57,759 bases of DNA from contig CABSLJ010000001.1 of assembly GCA_902478455.1 (NCBI GenBank), positions 1 to 57,759 on the forward strand, written 5' to 3'. The position numbers were made by a program, and so were the translations under genes. Below the pieces are notes generated by a model, which saw only the letters and a program-made list of their open reading frames with translations, did no database searches and was not told where the DNA came from. Below, piece by piece: positions 1 to 9,516 of the stretch; position 1 is the stretch's first letter, and every line of letters begins with the position of its first letter. The stretch is from an uncultured Oscillospiraceae bacterium (lineage in GTDB: Bacteria > Bacillota > Clostridia > Oscillospirales > Acutalibacteraceae).

Positions 1-54
1 ATTTTCTATAATATACACCGATTTGGTATACATTGCAAGAGGCTTGATAAAATT

Positions 55-540
55 TTATCTGTTTTTTGCCCGCTCAGCCGCGGCGACGGCCAGCCGGTCG
101 CACCGCTCGTTTTCCGGATGGCCGGCATGCCCCTTGACCCACACGACGGTGAGCCGGTGAATACCGGCCAGGCGCAGCAGCTCGTCCCACAGGTCGGGGT
201 TGAGGGCGGGCTCCTTTTTGTTGCGCATCCAACCGTTCTGCTTCCATTTTTTCGCCCAGCCCTTTTCGAGCGCGTTGCACACATACTGGGAATCGCTGTA
301 AAGCGTCACGGCGCAGGGTTCCTTTAAGAGCTTCAGCCCTTCAATGACGGCCGAAAGCTCCATGCGGTTGTTGGTGGTTTCCCGTTCGCCGCCGGAAAGC
401 TCCTTTTCATGCGCGCCGTAGCGCAGAATCGCGCCCCAGCCGCCCGGCCCGGGGTTGCCCTGGCAGGCGCCGTCGGTATATAGTTCAACCTGCTTCAATT
501 GCGTCGTCCTCTCCGGTGACAAAAATATGGGCCGGTTCAT
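55..540 (-). CDS. rnhA: ribonuclease HI
   Basis: Lies in ORF 55..633(-). Carries the type-1 RNase H core: [36 protein letters not shown] and [15 protein letters not shown]. The first ~30 aa of the ORF look non-native, so the start is placed at MNRPIF (540); 546 is also possible. Confidence 0.85.
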   Translation of the reverse strand: MNRPIFLSPERTTQLKQVELYTDGACQGNPGPGGWGAILRYGAHEKELSGGERETTNNRMELSAVIEGLKLLKEPCAVTLYSDSQYVCNALEKGWAKKWKQNGWMRNKKEPALNPDLWDELLRLAGIHRLTVVWVKGHAGHPENERCDRLAVAAAERAKNR

Positions 541-614
541 TTCCATGAATGCCCAAGCTGTGCACCGCGTCATTATAACATAGAAATGGAAAGCAGCCAA
601 GGAGAAAATCAGGA

Positions 615-940
615 AAGCCCCCTGGAAAGCCACCGCCTCCCAGTTTGGTCAACGTTCTCATGCACAAGCGACAGCTTGGTATGCGAAGCATACTGCGCGC
701 CAGCGCCGCGTGAGGTTGTTATAAAAGGTAAACTGACAGTAACCAAGTAGCAATAACCGCAATCCTCTTGAAAAACCGTGGCTTCCCGTTTTGGTCAACG
801 TTCTCTCAGCCGTCGGCAATCTTCGATTGCCGCTTACGGCGTGAGGTTGTTATAGAAAGTAAATTGACCGCAGGGCAGCAGCAAAACCGCAAAGCCCCTT
901 GAAGAAGCGTAGCTTCTCCGCTTGGTCAACGTTCTTACAC
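615..940. repeat. threefold tandem repeat (periods about 146 and 131 bp) in the rnhA/rnj divergent intergenic region
   Basis: Box TTGGTCAACGTTCT occurs at 645-658, 791-804 and 922-935. Box GCGTGAGGTTGTTATA(A/G)AA(G/A)GTAAA(C/T)TGAC occurs at 708-737 and 839-868. Linker AACCGCAA-N4/5-CTTGAA is present. Between the boxes are hairpins of unrelated sequence at equivalent positions. Confidence 0.8.
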
Positions 941-1236
941 TCGGACATCCGCCCCAAAATGAGCGGGCCGCGGCGCGCGAAGGCGACGGGACCGAACGGA
1001 AAACAGTGCATTCTCTACCGATTTTGTCCAGCCGGGACGCGTTTTATCACGCCGGGCGAAAAAACAGCCGATTCTTTTCGGGAAAAATTTCCTCGCGATG
1101 TGATTATCAGCCTTCGGAAGCGGAAAGAATAAAAGTAAGCTTTGCTGTCCGGTGCAAAGACGGACGCGAAAGGGGTGGATGGAATCGCGCCTTTCCAGGA
1201 AGAACGCGGATATCGGAGCGCCCAATCGCGGCGCTC

Positions 1237-1265
1237 TTGACAGTATCCGCAACAAAGGGTACAAT
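1237..1265 (+). promoter_or_regulatory. sigma-A type promoter for rnj
   Basis: TTGACA (1237-1242), a 17-nt spacer, then TACAAT (1260-1265). It lies about 185 nt upstream of the RBS-supported GTG start of RNase J. Confidence 0.6.
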
Positions 1266-1450
1266 GAAACTACTATTTGTGTCCGGATTTTTTACTGTGC
1301 AAGTTGAAGGTTTTTCCGTTTGAACGTTTTGAATCTCGTCACATAGATCAAAAAGGGACATTTCTGGACCCTGTGGGAGGCATGCCCGCGGCACCGTTTG
1401 CCGGCGGGCTCTTAATGGTTGTGTCCCCAAAATTAAATGGAGGTTATTTT

Positions 1451-3532
1451 GTGCAATTAGATGTAAAGAAAAAGCCCGCCAAGAGCGCGCAGACGGAAGC
1501 TCCGTCCGCTTCGGAAAGGACGCGCGCGCCGGGCGGCGGCAGACAGGCCGACCAAATGCTCAGCGGCCGGGGAGGGGATATCGAAATCCCCGCGCCCCGT
1601 CAGTTCCCCAAGCGGGCCGTCAAACACCGCGAGCCGGCCGCCGCGCAGGATCGAAAGGCGTCGGCCACGGCGGCGCAGAAAAGGGAGACGGGCGAAAAGC
1701 AGCCCGCGCGGAAAAAGGAAGCCGCGCCCAAGGCCGCTCCCAAAAGCGCGCCCAGGAAAACCAAAACCGAAAATAAGGCGGCGCAGCCGCAGAACAATCT
1801 GCTCAAAGCGCCTGCGGCGGAGCAGACCGCTCCCAAAAGGCAGCGCAGAGGGCGCGGAAACGCCGAAAAGCCGGCGCCCTCCATCAAGGTCACCTTCCTC
1901 GGCGGACTCAATGAGATCGGCAAAAATATGACCCTGTTCGAGTGCGGGGACGATATGTTCCTTCTGGACTGCGGCATGGCCTTCCCGGACGGAGACATGC
2001 TCGGGGTGGACCTTGTTCTGCCCGATTTCACCTACGTTGAGCGCAACAAGGATAAGATCCGCGGCATCGTGCTGACCCACGGTCATGAGGACCACATCGG
2101 CTCGCTGCCCTACCTGCTCAAAAACATCAAGTTCCCCGTCTACGGCACCAGCCTGACGCTGGGACTCGTGGAGGGCAAGCTCAAGGAGCACAATCTCGTC
2201 GGCAGGGTACAGCTCAATGTGGTAAAGCCCGGCCAGACGATCAAGCTCGGCTGCATGGAGGTCGAGTTCATCCACGTCAACCACTCCATTCCCGACGCGG
2301 TCGGCATCGCCATCCATTCGCCCGCCGGCACTCTCGTGCATACGGGCGACTTCAAAATTGACTGCACGCCCACGTCCAACAGCGGCATGATCGACCTTGC
2401 CCGCTTCGCCGAGCTGGGCAAGGAGGGAGTGCTCGCCCTCTTCGCCGATTCCACCAACGCCGAGCGCCCCGGCTACACCATGACCGAGCAGAAGGTGGGC
2501 AACTCCTTTGAAAATCTCTTCAAGCGGGCGGAAAACAGCCGCATCATCATCGCAACCTTCGCCTCCAACATCGGCCGCGTGCAGCAGATCATCAACTGCG
2601 CCGCCAAATTCGGCCGCAAGGTGGCCCTTTCCGGCCGCAGCATGGTCAATGTGATGGGCATCGCCGTGGAACTCGGCTATCTCGACGTCCCCGAGGGCGT
2701 GTTGATCGACATCGACCTTTTAAACCGCTATCCCAAGGATCAGGTGGTTTTAATCACCACGGGCAGCCAGGGGGAGCCCATGTCGGCGCTCAGCCGCATG
2801 GCCTATTCCGACCACCGCAAGGTGGAGGTCGGTCCGGAGGACTTCATCATCATTTCGGCCAATCCCATCCCCGGCAACGAAAAGACGGTCGGCGCGGTCA
2901 TCAACGAGCTGATGAAGCACGGCTGCCAGGTGGTCTATGAGTCGATGTACGAGGTGCACGTCTCCGGCCACGCCTGCCAGGAGGAGCTGAAAATCATTCA
3001 GGGCGTCTGCAAGCCCAAGTATTTCATCCCCGTTCACGGGGAGCAGAAGCATCTGCGCAAGCACGCCATGCTCGCCAAAAGCATGGGAATGGACGACGCC
3101 CATGTCTTCATCGGGGACATCGGCAACGTCATCGAACTCAACCGCGACTACATGAAGCAGCTGCCCTCCGTCCCGGCCGGCCGCGTGCTGGTCGACGGCC
3201 TCGGCGTGGGCGACGTCGGCTCCATCGTGCTGCGCGACCGCAAGCACCTCGCCCAGGACGGCCTGATCGTCGTCGTCGCCACGCTCGACAGGGAGGGGCA
3301 TGTCGTCACCGGGCCGGATATCGTCTCCCGCGGCTTTGTCTATGTGCGCGAGTCGGAGCCTCTGATGGAGGACGCGCGCGCCCGTGTGCAGCGGATTCTG
3401 GACAATTGCGCCGAAGAACGGATTCACGAGTGGGGGACCATCAAGACGCGGGTTAAGGAGGACCTCTCCCGTCTGCTCTTTGAGCGCACCCGCCGCAACC
3501 CGATGATCCTGCCCATCATTATGGAAGTTTAA
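1451..3532 (+). CDS. rnj: ribonuclease J (metallo-beta-lactamase/beta-CASP) with a long basic low-complexity N-terminal extension
   Basis: Lies in ORF 1277..3532. The canonical RNase J N-terminus IKVTFLGGLNEIGKNM is present, along with HGHEDHIG (the HxHxDH motif) and beta-CASP and C-terminal domains. GGAGG at 1439-1443 precedes GTG 1451. An alternative ATG at 1556 still leaves an extension of about 100 aa. Confidence 0.9.
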   Translation: MQLDVKKKPAKSAQTEAPSASERTRAPGGGRQADQMLSGRGGDIEIPAPRQFPKRAVKHREPAAAQDRKASATAAQKRETGEKQPARKKEAAPKAAPKSAPRKTKTENKAAQPQNNLLKAPAAEQTAPKRQRRGRGNAEKPAPSIKVTFLGGLNEIGKNMTLFECGDDMFLLDCGMAFPDGDMLGVDLVLPDFTYVERNKDKIRGIVLTHGHEDHIGSLPYLLKNIKFPVYGTSLTLGLVEGKLKEHNLVGRVQLNVVKPGQTIKLGCMEVEFIHVNHSIPDAVGIAIHSPAGTLVHTGDFKIDCTPTSNSGMIDLARFAELGKEGVLALFADSTNAERPGYTMTEQKVGNSFENLFKRAENSRIIIATFASNIGRVQQIINCAAKFGRKVALSGRSMVNVMGIAVELGYLDVPEGVLIDIDLLNRYPKDQVVLITTGSQGEPMSALSRMAYSDHRKVEVGPEDFIIISANPIPGNEKTVGAVINELMKHGCQVVYESMYEVHVSGHACQEELKIIQGVCKPKYFIPVHGEQKHLRKHAMLAKSMGMDDAHVFIGDIGNVIELNRDYMKQLPSVPAGRVLVDGLGVGDVGSIVLRDRKHLAQDGLIVVVATLDREGHVVTGPDIVSRGFVYVRESEPLMEDARARVQRILDNCAEERIHEWGTIKTRVKEDLSRLLFERTRRNPMILPIIMEV

Positions 3533-3655
3533 GTTGTACAGCGCAAGCACTGCGCTTGCCGCAAAGGCGGCCGCCCGCGCGGGCGGCCTGGAGCCTTGCC
3601 GGCCGGGGAGGCCGGAAAGCCTGTTTGAGGCGTGCATTAGCAGCTGGAGGTGGCG

Positions 3656-5602
3656 GTGTTGAAAAAAAGAGTATGGATCGTGTCCCCGGTGTTTTACGTG
3701 CTCATTGCGGCCATGCTGCTCATGGCCGGCGCGAGCTGGTTCTGGGATGAGCGCGTCTTTTTTGCCGAGCTGGGGCTTGCGGCCGCCTGCGCGGTGGCGG
3801 TGCTCATCAGCCTCTTGAAATTCAGGAGTTATGTGCGCACCGTCGCCAAAAGCGCTGGCGGGATGCTCAGCGGAATCGACAAGAACGCCATGGAGCACTT
3901 TCCCGTGGCGGTCGCTGTGGCCGGAGAAGCCGGCGAGCTCGTGTGGAACAACCTCGCCTTCGCGGCCAGAGTGTGCGGCGAGCGGGACCATACGGGGGAG
4001 AGCGTGCTCCAGTTTACCGAGGGGAAGTCGATCCAGCAGATTTTAAGCCACAACGGCACCGACGTCTCCTACGGCAGCCGGCGCTTTACCGTCTTCGGCG
4101 CCGAATCGGGCAGCTCCACCATCCTTTATTTCATAGACGATACATATTACAAGGAGACCACCCAGGAATACAGCGAAAGCCGTCCCGCCGTGGCCCTCAT
4201 CCTGTTTGACAACCGCGAGGAGCTGGCGCGCGACGCGACCGACGAGCAGGAGGCCCAGATCACCGCTCAGGTGGACAACGCCCTGCAGAAGTGGGTGGCC
4301 AAGACCTCCGGGTTCCTGCGCAAAATCAGCGGCGGCCGCTACCTGATGATTGTTCAGGAGCGCAACATCCGCTCCTTTGTGGAAAATAAATTTGAAATTC
4401 TCGATGAAATCCGGAGCATCAAGCTCGACGAACGCCGCAGCGCCACCATTTCCATCGGCGTCGGCCGCGGCGGTGGCTCCTTGAAGGAATGCGAGGCGTG
4501 GGCCCGCAAGGCGCTCGATATGGCCCTCGGCCGCGGCGGAGACCAGGCGGCCGTCAAGCAGGGGGAGACTTACGCCTTCTTCGGCGGCGTGTCCAAGGGC
4601 GTGGAAAAGCGGGATAAGGTCCGTACCCGCGTCATCGCGTCCACGCTGTCCGACCAGATTCGCATAAGCGACTGCGTGCTCATCATGGGTCACCGCTATT
4701 CCGATTTGGACAGCGTCGGCGCGTCGGTCGGCATGTGGGGGGCGGTCACCAGAGGACTGGGCAAGCCGGCCTATGTGGTGGTCAACCGGGAGCAGACCCT
4801 CGCGCGCGTGCTGGTGGACAACGTCGAACAGGCGGAGGGGGAAAACGTCTTTATTTCCACCGAGCAGGCCGAGTCGGTGCTCACCGACAACACCCTGCTG
4901 ATCATTGTGGACACCCATTCCCCCGACTTCGTTGAAAGCCGCAGCCTGTATGAAAAGGCCAAGCGCGTCGTGGTCATCGACCATCACCGCATGATGGTCA
5001 GCCACATCAGCGACGCGATCATCTTCTACCACGAGCCCTACGCCTCCTCGGCCTCCGAGATGGTCGGCGAGCTCGTGCAGTATCTGGGCGAAGAGGGCAT
5101 CGGCCGCGTCGAAGCCGAAGCGCTGCTCGCCGGCATTATGCTCGACACCAAGAATTTCGTCCTGAAAACCGGCGTGCGCACCTTTGAGGCCGCCGCCTTT
5201 CTGCGCCGCAAGGGGGCGGACACGGTCGAGGTCAAGCGCCTGTTCTCCAATTCAATTGACACCTACAAGGCCAAATACCAGCTGGTTTCCTGCGCGGAGA
5301 TCTTCCATCAGTGCGCCATCGCCATCGCGGAGGACAATTTTCCGGACATCCGCATCGCCTCCGCCCAAGCGGCAGATGAGCTTTTGGGCGTTCAGGGCGT
5401 GCGCGCTTCCTTTGTGCTCTATCCCACCGAAGGGGAGATCAACATCTCCGCCCGCTCGCTCGGCGAGGTCAACGTGCAGGTCATCATGGAGGAACTAGGC
5501 GGCGGCGGACACCAGACTATGGCGGCGGCCCAGCTCAAGGGCGTCACCGTGCCCGAGGCGCGCGACCGGCTGATCGCCGTCCTCAGCGAGGCTAAAATTT
5601 AA
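3656..5602 (+). CDS. gdpP: cyclic-di-AMP phosphodiesterase GdpP (TM-PAS-degenerate GGDEF-DHH/DHHA1)
   Basis: Lies in ORF 3650..5602. It has two N-terminal TM helices, a DHH motif (VVIDHHR), DHHA1 (GGGGH), and a degenerate GGDEF-like middle domain. It sits directly upstream of rplI-dnaB, as in Bacillus yybT. The start is ambiguous (GTG 3650/3656, TTG 3659); GGAGG lies at 3646-3650. Confidence 0.85.
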   Translation: MLKKRVWIVSPVFYVLIAAMLLMAGASWFWDERVFFAELGLAAACAVAVLISLLKFRSYVRTVAKSAGGMLSGIDKNAMEHFPVAVAVAGEAGELVWNNLAFAARVCGERDHTGESVLQFTEGKSIQQILSHNGTDVSYGSRRFTVFGAESGSSTILYFIDDTYYKETTQEYSESRPAVALILFDNREELARDATDEQEAQITAQVDNALQKWVAKTSGFLRKISGGRYLMIVQERNIRSFVENKFEILDEIRSIKLDERRSATISIGVGRGGGSLKECEAWARKALDMALGRGGDQAAVKQGETYAFFGGVSKGVEKRDKVRTRVIASTLSDQIRISDCVLIMGHRYSDLDSVGASVGMWGAVTRGLGKPAYVVVNREQTLARVLVDNVEQAEGENVFISTEQAESVLTDNTLLIIVDTHSPDFVESRSLYEKAKRVVVIDHHRMMVSHISDAIIFYHEPYASSASEMVGELVQYLGEEGIGRVEAEALLAGIMLDTKNFVLKTGVRTFEAAAFLRRKGADTVEVKRLFSNSIDTYKAKYQLVSCAEIFHQCAIAIAEDNFPDIRIASAQAADELLGVQGVRASFVLYPTEGEINISARSLGEVNVQVIMEELGGGGHQTMAAAQLKGVTVPEARDRLIAVLSEAKI

Positions 5603-5721
5603 TCCGCAATGAAAAGCGTCTGAGGGCCGCGGACTCACGCGGACTGTTTTGCGCATCTCCGGCGGTCCTTTGCAAGCCATACGGCGCCGAACCAGATTCT
5701 GAATTATGGGAGGAAACGATC

Positions 5722-6168
5722 ATGAAAATCATACTGCTCGAAGACGTCAAGGGCATCGGCAAAAAGGGAGAGCTGAAGGAAGCCTCCGACGGCTACGCCC
5801 GCAACTACCTCTTTCCCCGCAAACTTGCCAAGGAGGCCAACGCCCAGGCGATGAACGAATTCAAAAACGCCGAGCGCGCCAAGCAGCACAAGATAGAGAC
5901 CGAAAAGGCCAACGCCCAGGCCGCCGCCGCGCAGCTGGAGGGCAAGACCGTCAAGCTGACCGCCAAGGCCGGTCAGGGGGGCAAGCTCTTCGGCTCGATT
6001 ACGACCAAGGAGATCGCCGAAACGATCCGGAAGGATTTCGGCCTGGATATTGACAAACGCAAGCTGGAACTCGCCGGGGATATCAAGTCCTTCGGCACCT
6101 ATGAGTGCGAGGTAAAGCTCTACGCCGGCATTTCGGCGAAGCTTTTCGTGATGGTGGGCGAGGAATAG
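5722..6168 (+). CDS. rplI: 50S ribosomal protein L9
   Basis: 148 aa. The sequence [36 protein letters not shown] is the classic L9 N-domain. An RBS (GGAGGAAAC) lies upstream. Confidence 0.97.
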   Translation: MKIILLEDVKGIGKKGELKEASDGYARNYLFPRKLAKEANAQAMNEFKNAERAKQHKIETEKANAQAAAAQLEGKTVKLTAKAGQGGKLFGSITTKEIAETIRKDFGLDIDKRKLELAGDIKSFGTYECEVKLYAGISAKLFVMVGEE

Positions 6169-6205
6169 AATCCGATTTTTCAAGCGCGTCTGGAGGAAGC
6201 AAAGC

Positions 6206-7576
6206 ATGGCGGATTTTCAAGTGACATCGGGCTACGACGGGATCAACCTGCCCTACAGCCCCGAGGCGGAGCAGTCGGTCCTGGGGGCCGTGCTGCTCGA
6301 TTCGTCCTGCCTGGACCGTGTGGCGGAAATTCTGCCGCGCGCCGAATATTTCCACCTTGCCAACCACAGGATGATCTACGCCGCGATGCTCGACCTCTTT
6401 ACCATGGGCCGGCCGGTCGATTTCATCACCGTTCTCGAAAAGCTCAAGCAGGACGAGCACTTTGACGAGGCTTCCAGTAAGACCTACCTTCTGCAGCTGG
6501 CCCAGATAGTCCCCTCCATCTCCAACGTGGAGACCTACGCCTCCATCGTGCGGGACAAGTACGACGTCCGCACCCTGATCACCACCGCCCGGGACATCAT
6601 TGAAGACGCCTCGGACGGCGGGGCGGACGCGACCGCCCTGCTCGATTCGGCCGAGCAGCGCATTTTCGACATCCGCCGCGGCAAGAACATGCAGGGCCTG
6701 CAGCGGATCAACGAGCTGGTCATCGAAACCTTCGACCGCCTTGATTTGCTCAATTCCCCCGAGAGCGAGCTCTACAAGGGCATCCCCACCGGCATCGGCC
6801 TGCTCGACGAGACCATCACCGGTCTCAACCGTTCCGACCTCATCCTGCTTGCCGCCCGACCCGGCATGGGCAAGACCAGTTTTGCGCTTAACATCGCCCG
6901 CCACGTCGGCGTGCACGAGGGCCGCAGGGTGGCCTTTTTCTCGCTGGAGATGAGCAAGGAGCAGCTTTGCTCCCGTCTGCTCTCCACCGAGGGCATGGTC
7001 GGCGGCGTCAAGCTGCGCACGGGCAAACTGAGCGATTCCGAGTGGGTGCGCCTGATTGAGGCGGGGGACGTGCTCTCCAAAACCCAGCTCTATTTTGACG
7101 ACACCCCGGGCATCACCGTGCCCGAAATGAAGGCCAAGCTGCGCCGCCTGCGCGACGTCGACCTTGTCATCATCGACTATTTGCAGCTCATGTCGAGCGC
7201 CAAACGGATCGACAACCGCGTTCAGGAGATTTCCGAAATCACCCGAAATCTCAAGATTATGGCCAAGGAGCTGCATGTGCCGGTCATTACCCTTTCCCAG
7301 CTTTCCCGCGCCAGCGAGCAGCGCACCAGCCACAAGCCGGTGCTCTCCGACCTGAGGGATTCCGGCTCCATCGAGCAGGACGCCGACATCGTCCTTTTCC
7401 TCTACCGTGAGGATTACTATTCCGATTCGGAGACACCCTCCGAAAATACCGACAAAAACAGCGGGGAATGCATCGTGGCCAAAAACCGCCACGGCGAAAC
7501 CCGCTCGGTACCCCTCCACTGGCAGGGCGAATTCATGCGCTTTACAAGTCAGGAGGTCATGCGACGTGACAATTAG
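6206..7576 (+). CDS. dnaB: replicative DNA helicase DnaB
   Basis: 456 aa. Contains the N-terminal DnaB domain (PYSPEAEQSVLGAVL), Walker A (ARPGMGKTSFALN), Walker B (LVIIDYLQLM), and SQLSR/RDSGSIEQDAD. Confidence 0.97.
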   Translation: MADFQVTSGYDGINLPYSPEAEQSVLGAVLLDSSCLDRVAEILPRAEYFHLANHRMIYAAMLDLFTMGRPVDFITVLEKLKQDEHFDEASSKTYLLQLAQIVPSISNVETYASIVRDKYDVRTLITTARDIIEDASDGGADATALLDSAEQRIFDIRRGKNMQGLQRINELVIETFDRLDLLNSPESELYKGIPTGIGLLDETITGLNRSDLILLAARPGMGKTSFALNIARHVGVHEGRRVAFFSLEMSKEQLCSRLLSTEGMVGGVKLRTGKLSDSEWVRLIEAGDVLSKTQLYFDDTPGITVPEMKAKLRRLRDVDLVIIDYLQLMSSAKRIDNRVQEISEITRNLKIMAKELHVPVITLSQLSRASEQRTSHKPVLSDLRDSGSIEQDADIVLFLYREDYYSDSETPSENTDKNSGECIVAKNRHGETRSVPLHWQGEFMRFTSQEVMRRDN

Positions 7577-8948
7577 CAGCGGTTCCATCGAGGCCAAAAT
7601 CGCCCAGACGGCCGAGCGGTTCGCCATGCTGCCGGAAGGCGGCGCGGTGGTCGCCGGCGTTTCGGGCGGAGCGGACTCGATGGCGCTGCTTTTTTATCTG
7701 CTCAAGATTGCCCCCGAACGGGGGATTTCGGTCTGCGCCGCTCATCTCAACCACGGCCTGCGCGGGGAAGAGGCCGAGCGGGACGAGGACTTTGTCCGCT
7801 CCTACTGCGCCGCCCACGGCGTGGAATGCCGCGTGCGGCGTGCCGACGTGCGGGCCGAGGCAGCGCGGACCGGACAGTCGGAGGAGACCTGCGGCCGCAG
7901 TCTTCGCTACGCCTTTTTTGCCGAACTCGCGCAGGAGCGCGGCGCGCGCATTGCCACGGCCCACACCCTTTCGGACAATGTGGAGACGGTGCTTCTGAAC
8001 CTCGCCCGGGGGACGGGGCTTTCCGGTCTGTGCGGCATTCCGCCGGTGCGGGACGGAATCGTCCGTCCGCTTCTTTTTTTGACCCGCGCGCAGACCGAGG
8101 CCTATTGCCGGGAAAACGGCGTCCCCTTTGTGACCGACAGCACCAACCTGACCCCGGCCTACGCCCGCAACCGTCTGAGGCTCGAGGCCGTCCCCGCGCT
8201 CAAAAGCGTCAATTCCTCCCTGGAGGAGGCGGTGCTGCGCATGACGGGTACCCTCTCTGAGGAGGAGGCCTTTCTCTCGTCCGAAGCGGAGCGCGCCCTC
8301 GCGGCCGCCAGGCGGGACGGGGGCTACGACCTGCACGCGCTCGCCGGACTGCCGGCGCCTCTTCTGCGGCGGGCGGTCAAATCGGCCGCCGGGCCGTTTT
8401 CCTCGGGACAGGTGGAAAAGGTCCATGTGGAACTTCTCTGCCGGGCGGTCCGGGAGGGACACGGCGGAACGGCGCTTCCGGGCGGCCGCATCCTCGCCGC
8501 GCAGGGAGGCCTGCTGCGGGAACCGCCGGGAGAGGAGGACTTTCCGGAATGGAGCGTCCCCTTTGCCCCGCCGCTCGCCTTGACAGGGGACGGGCGAAGG
8601 CTCATAATAGAGGCAATCGACGGTGAAACCTACGGAAAACGGCTTAAAATTAACAATTTGTTATTTAAAAACGCCGTGGCGTATGATACAATAACCGGTA
8701 GCACAGTTTTGCGCAACCGCCGCGCTGGGGACCGGTTTTTCCCGGCGTCGCGCGGTGTGGGAAAGAGTTTGAAAAAACTGTTTCAGGAAGAGGGCGTCCC
8801 CGCCCATCGGCGCGGAAACGTCCCCTTATTGGCCGACGGCGGAGAAATTCTCTGGGTGGAGGGCGTAGGCCCTTCCGAAAGGGCGCGTGTCCGGGCCGAT
8901 ACCGAGCGCGTCGCACTGATTTTGCCGGAGGAGAAGAACAATGGTTAA
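7566..8948 (+). CDS. tilS: tRNA(Ile)-lysidine synthase
   Basis: Has the PP-loop SGGADSMAL and a TilS C-terminal domain. ORF 7407..8948 overlaps dnaB, so the start is placed at the in-frame GTG 7566 (ATG 7626 is an alternative). The tilS-hpt-ftsH order matches Bacillus. Confidence 0.85.
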   Translation: MTISSGSIEAKIAQTAERFAMLPEGGAVVAGVSGGADSMALLFYLLKIAPERGISVCAAHLNHGLRGEEAERDEDFVRSYCAAHGVECRVRRADVRAEAARTGQSEETCGRSLRYAFFAELAQERGARIATAHTLSDNVETVLLNLARGTGLSGLCGIPPVRDGIVRPLLFLTRAQTEAYCRENGVPFVTDSTNLTPAYARNRLRLEAVPALKSVNSSLEEAVLRMTGTLSEEEAFLSSEAERALAAARRDGGYDLHALAGLPAPLLRRAVKSAAGPFSSGQVEKVHVELLCRAVREGHGGTALPGGRILAAQGGLLREPPGEEDFPEWSVPFAPPLALTGDGRRLIIEAIDGETYGKRLKINNLLFKNAVAYDTITGSTVLRNRRAGDRFFPASRGVGKSLKKLFQEEGVPAHRRGNVPLLADGGEILWVEGVGPSERARVRADTERVALILPEEKNNG

Positions 8949-9480
8949 CGACATTCAAAACGTCCTGCTCAGCGAAGAGAAGCTCGCTTCCATCGTGCAC
9001 GAGCTGGGAGAGCGCATCAGCCGTGACTATGAAGGAAAAAATCTTTTGATGGTCAGCATCCTCAAGGGTTCGGTCGTCTTTATGTCCGACCTTATGCGCG
9101 CCGTCACCATCCCCTGCCGGATCGATTTTATGTCGGTCTCCAGCTACGGTTCGGGAGTAAAAACCAGCGGAGTGGTCAAGATAATTAAGGATTTGGACAT
9201 CCCGCTCGAGGGATATGACCTCCTCGTTGTGGAGGACATTCTCGACAGCGGCATGACCTTAAGCTATATTCTGGAGGTGCTCCAGGCGCGCGGCCCGAAA
9301 AGCATCCGCCTGTGCACCCTGCTTGACAAGCCCGAGCGCCGCAAGGTGGACATCAAGGCCGATTACGTCGGCTGCGAGGTGCCGGACGAATTCGTCGTCG
9401 GTTACGGGCTCGATTACGATGAAAAGTACAGGAATCTGCCCTTTGTGGGCATTTTAAAGCCTGAGGTATACAGCGAATAG
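8941..9480 (+). CDS. hpt: hypoxanthine phosphoribosyltransferase
   Basis: 179 aa. Contains the PRPP-binding motif LLVVEDILDSGMTL. It overlaps the tilS stop by 8 nt. Confidence 0.93.
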   Translation: MVNDIQNVLLSEEKLASIVHELGERISRDYEGKNLLMVSILKGSVVFMSDLMRAVTIPCRIDFMSVSSYGSGVKTSGVVKIIKDLDIPLEGYDLLVVEDILDSGMTLSYILEVLQARGPKSIRLCTLLDKPERRKVDIKADYVGCEVPDEFVVGYGLDYDEKYRNLPFVGILKPEVYSE

Positions 9481-9516
9481 GCGTTTTGAAATGGGACGCG
9501 CATACCCTGAAAAGGA

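Noticed and set aside
6083-7627. 514-aa ORF antisense to dnaB. Similar long antisense or alternative-frame ORFs occur at 1457-2341(-), 2750-3991(-), 4043-5032(-), 10501-11463(-), 23569-25236(-), 26105-27385(-), 31705-32952(+), 38327-39760(-), 39922-42639(-), 51137-52768(-) and 54087-55496(-).
   Set aside because: - They overlap genes with unmistakable conserved motifs on the other strand or frame.
- Their translations are Arg/Gly/Ala/Pro-rich low-complexity strings.
- This is typical of stop-codon-poor frames in ~60% GC DNA.
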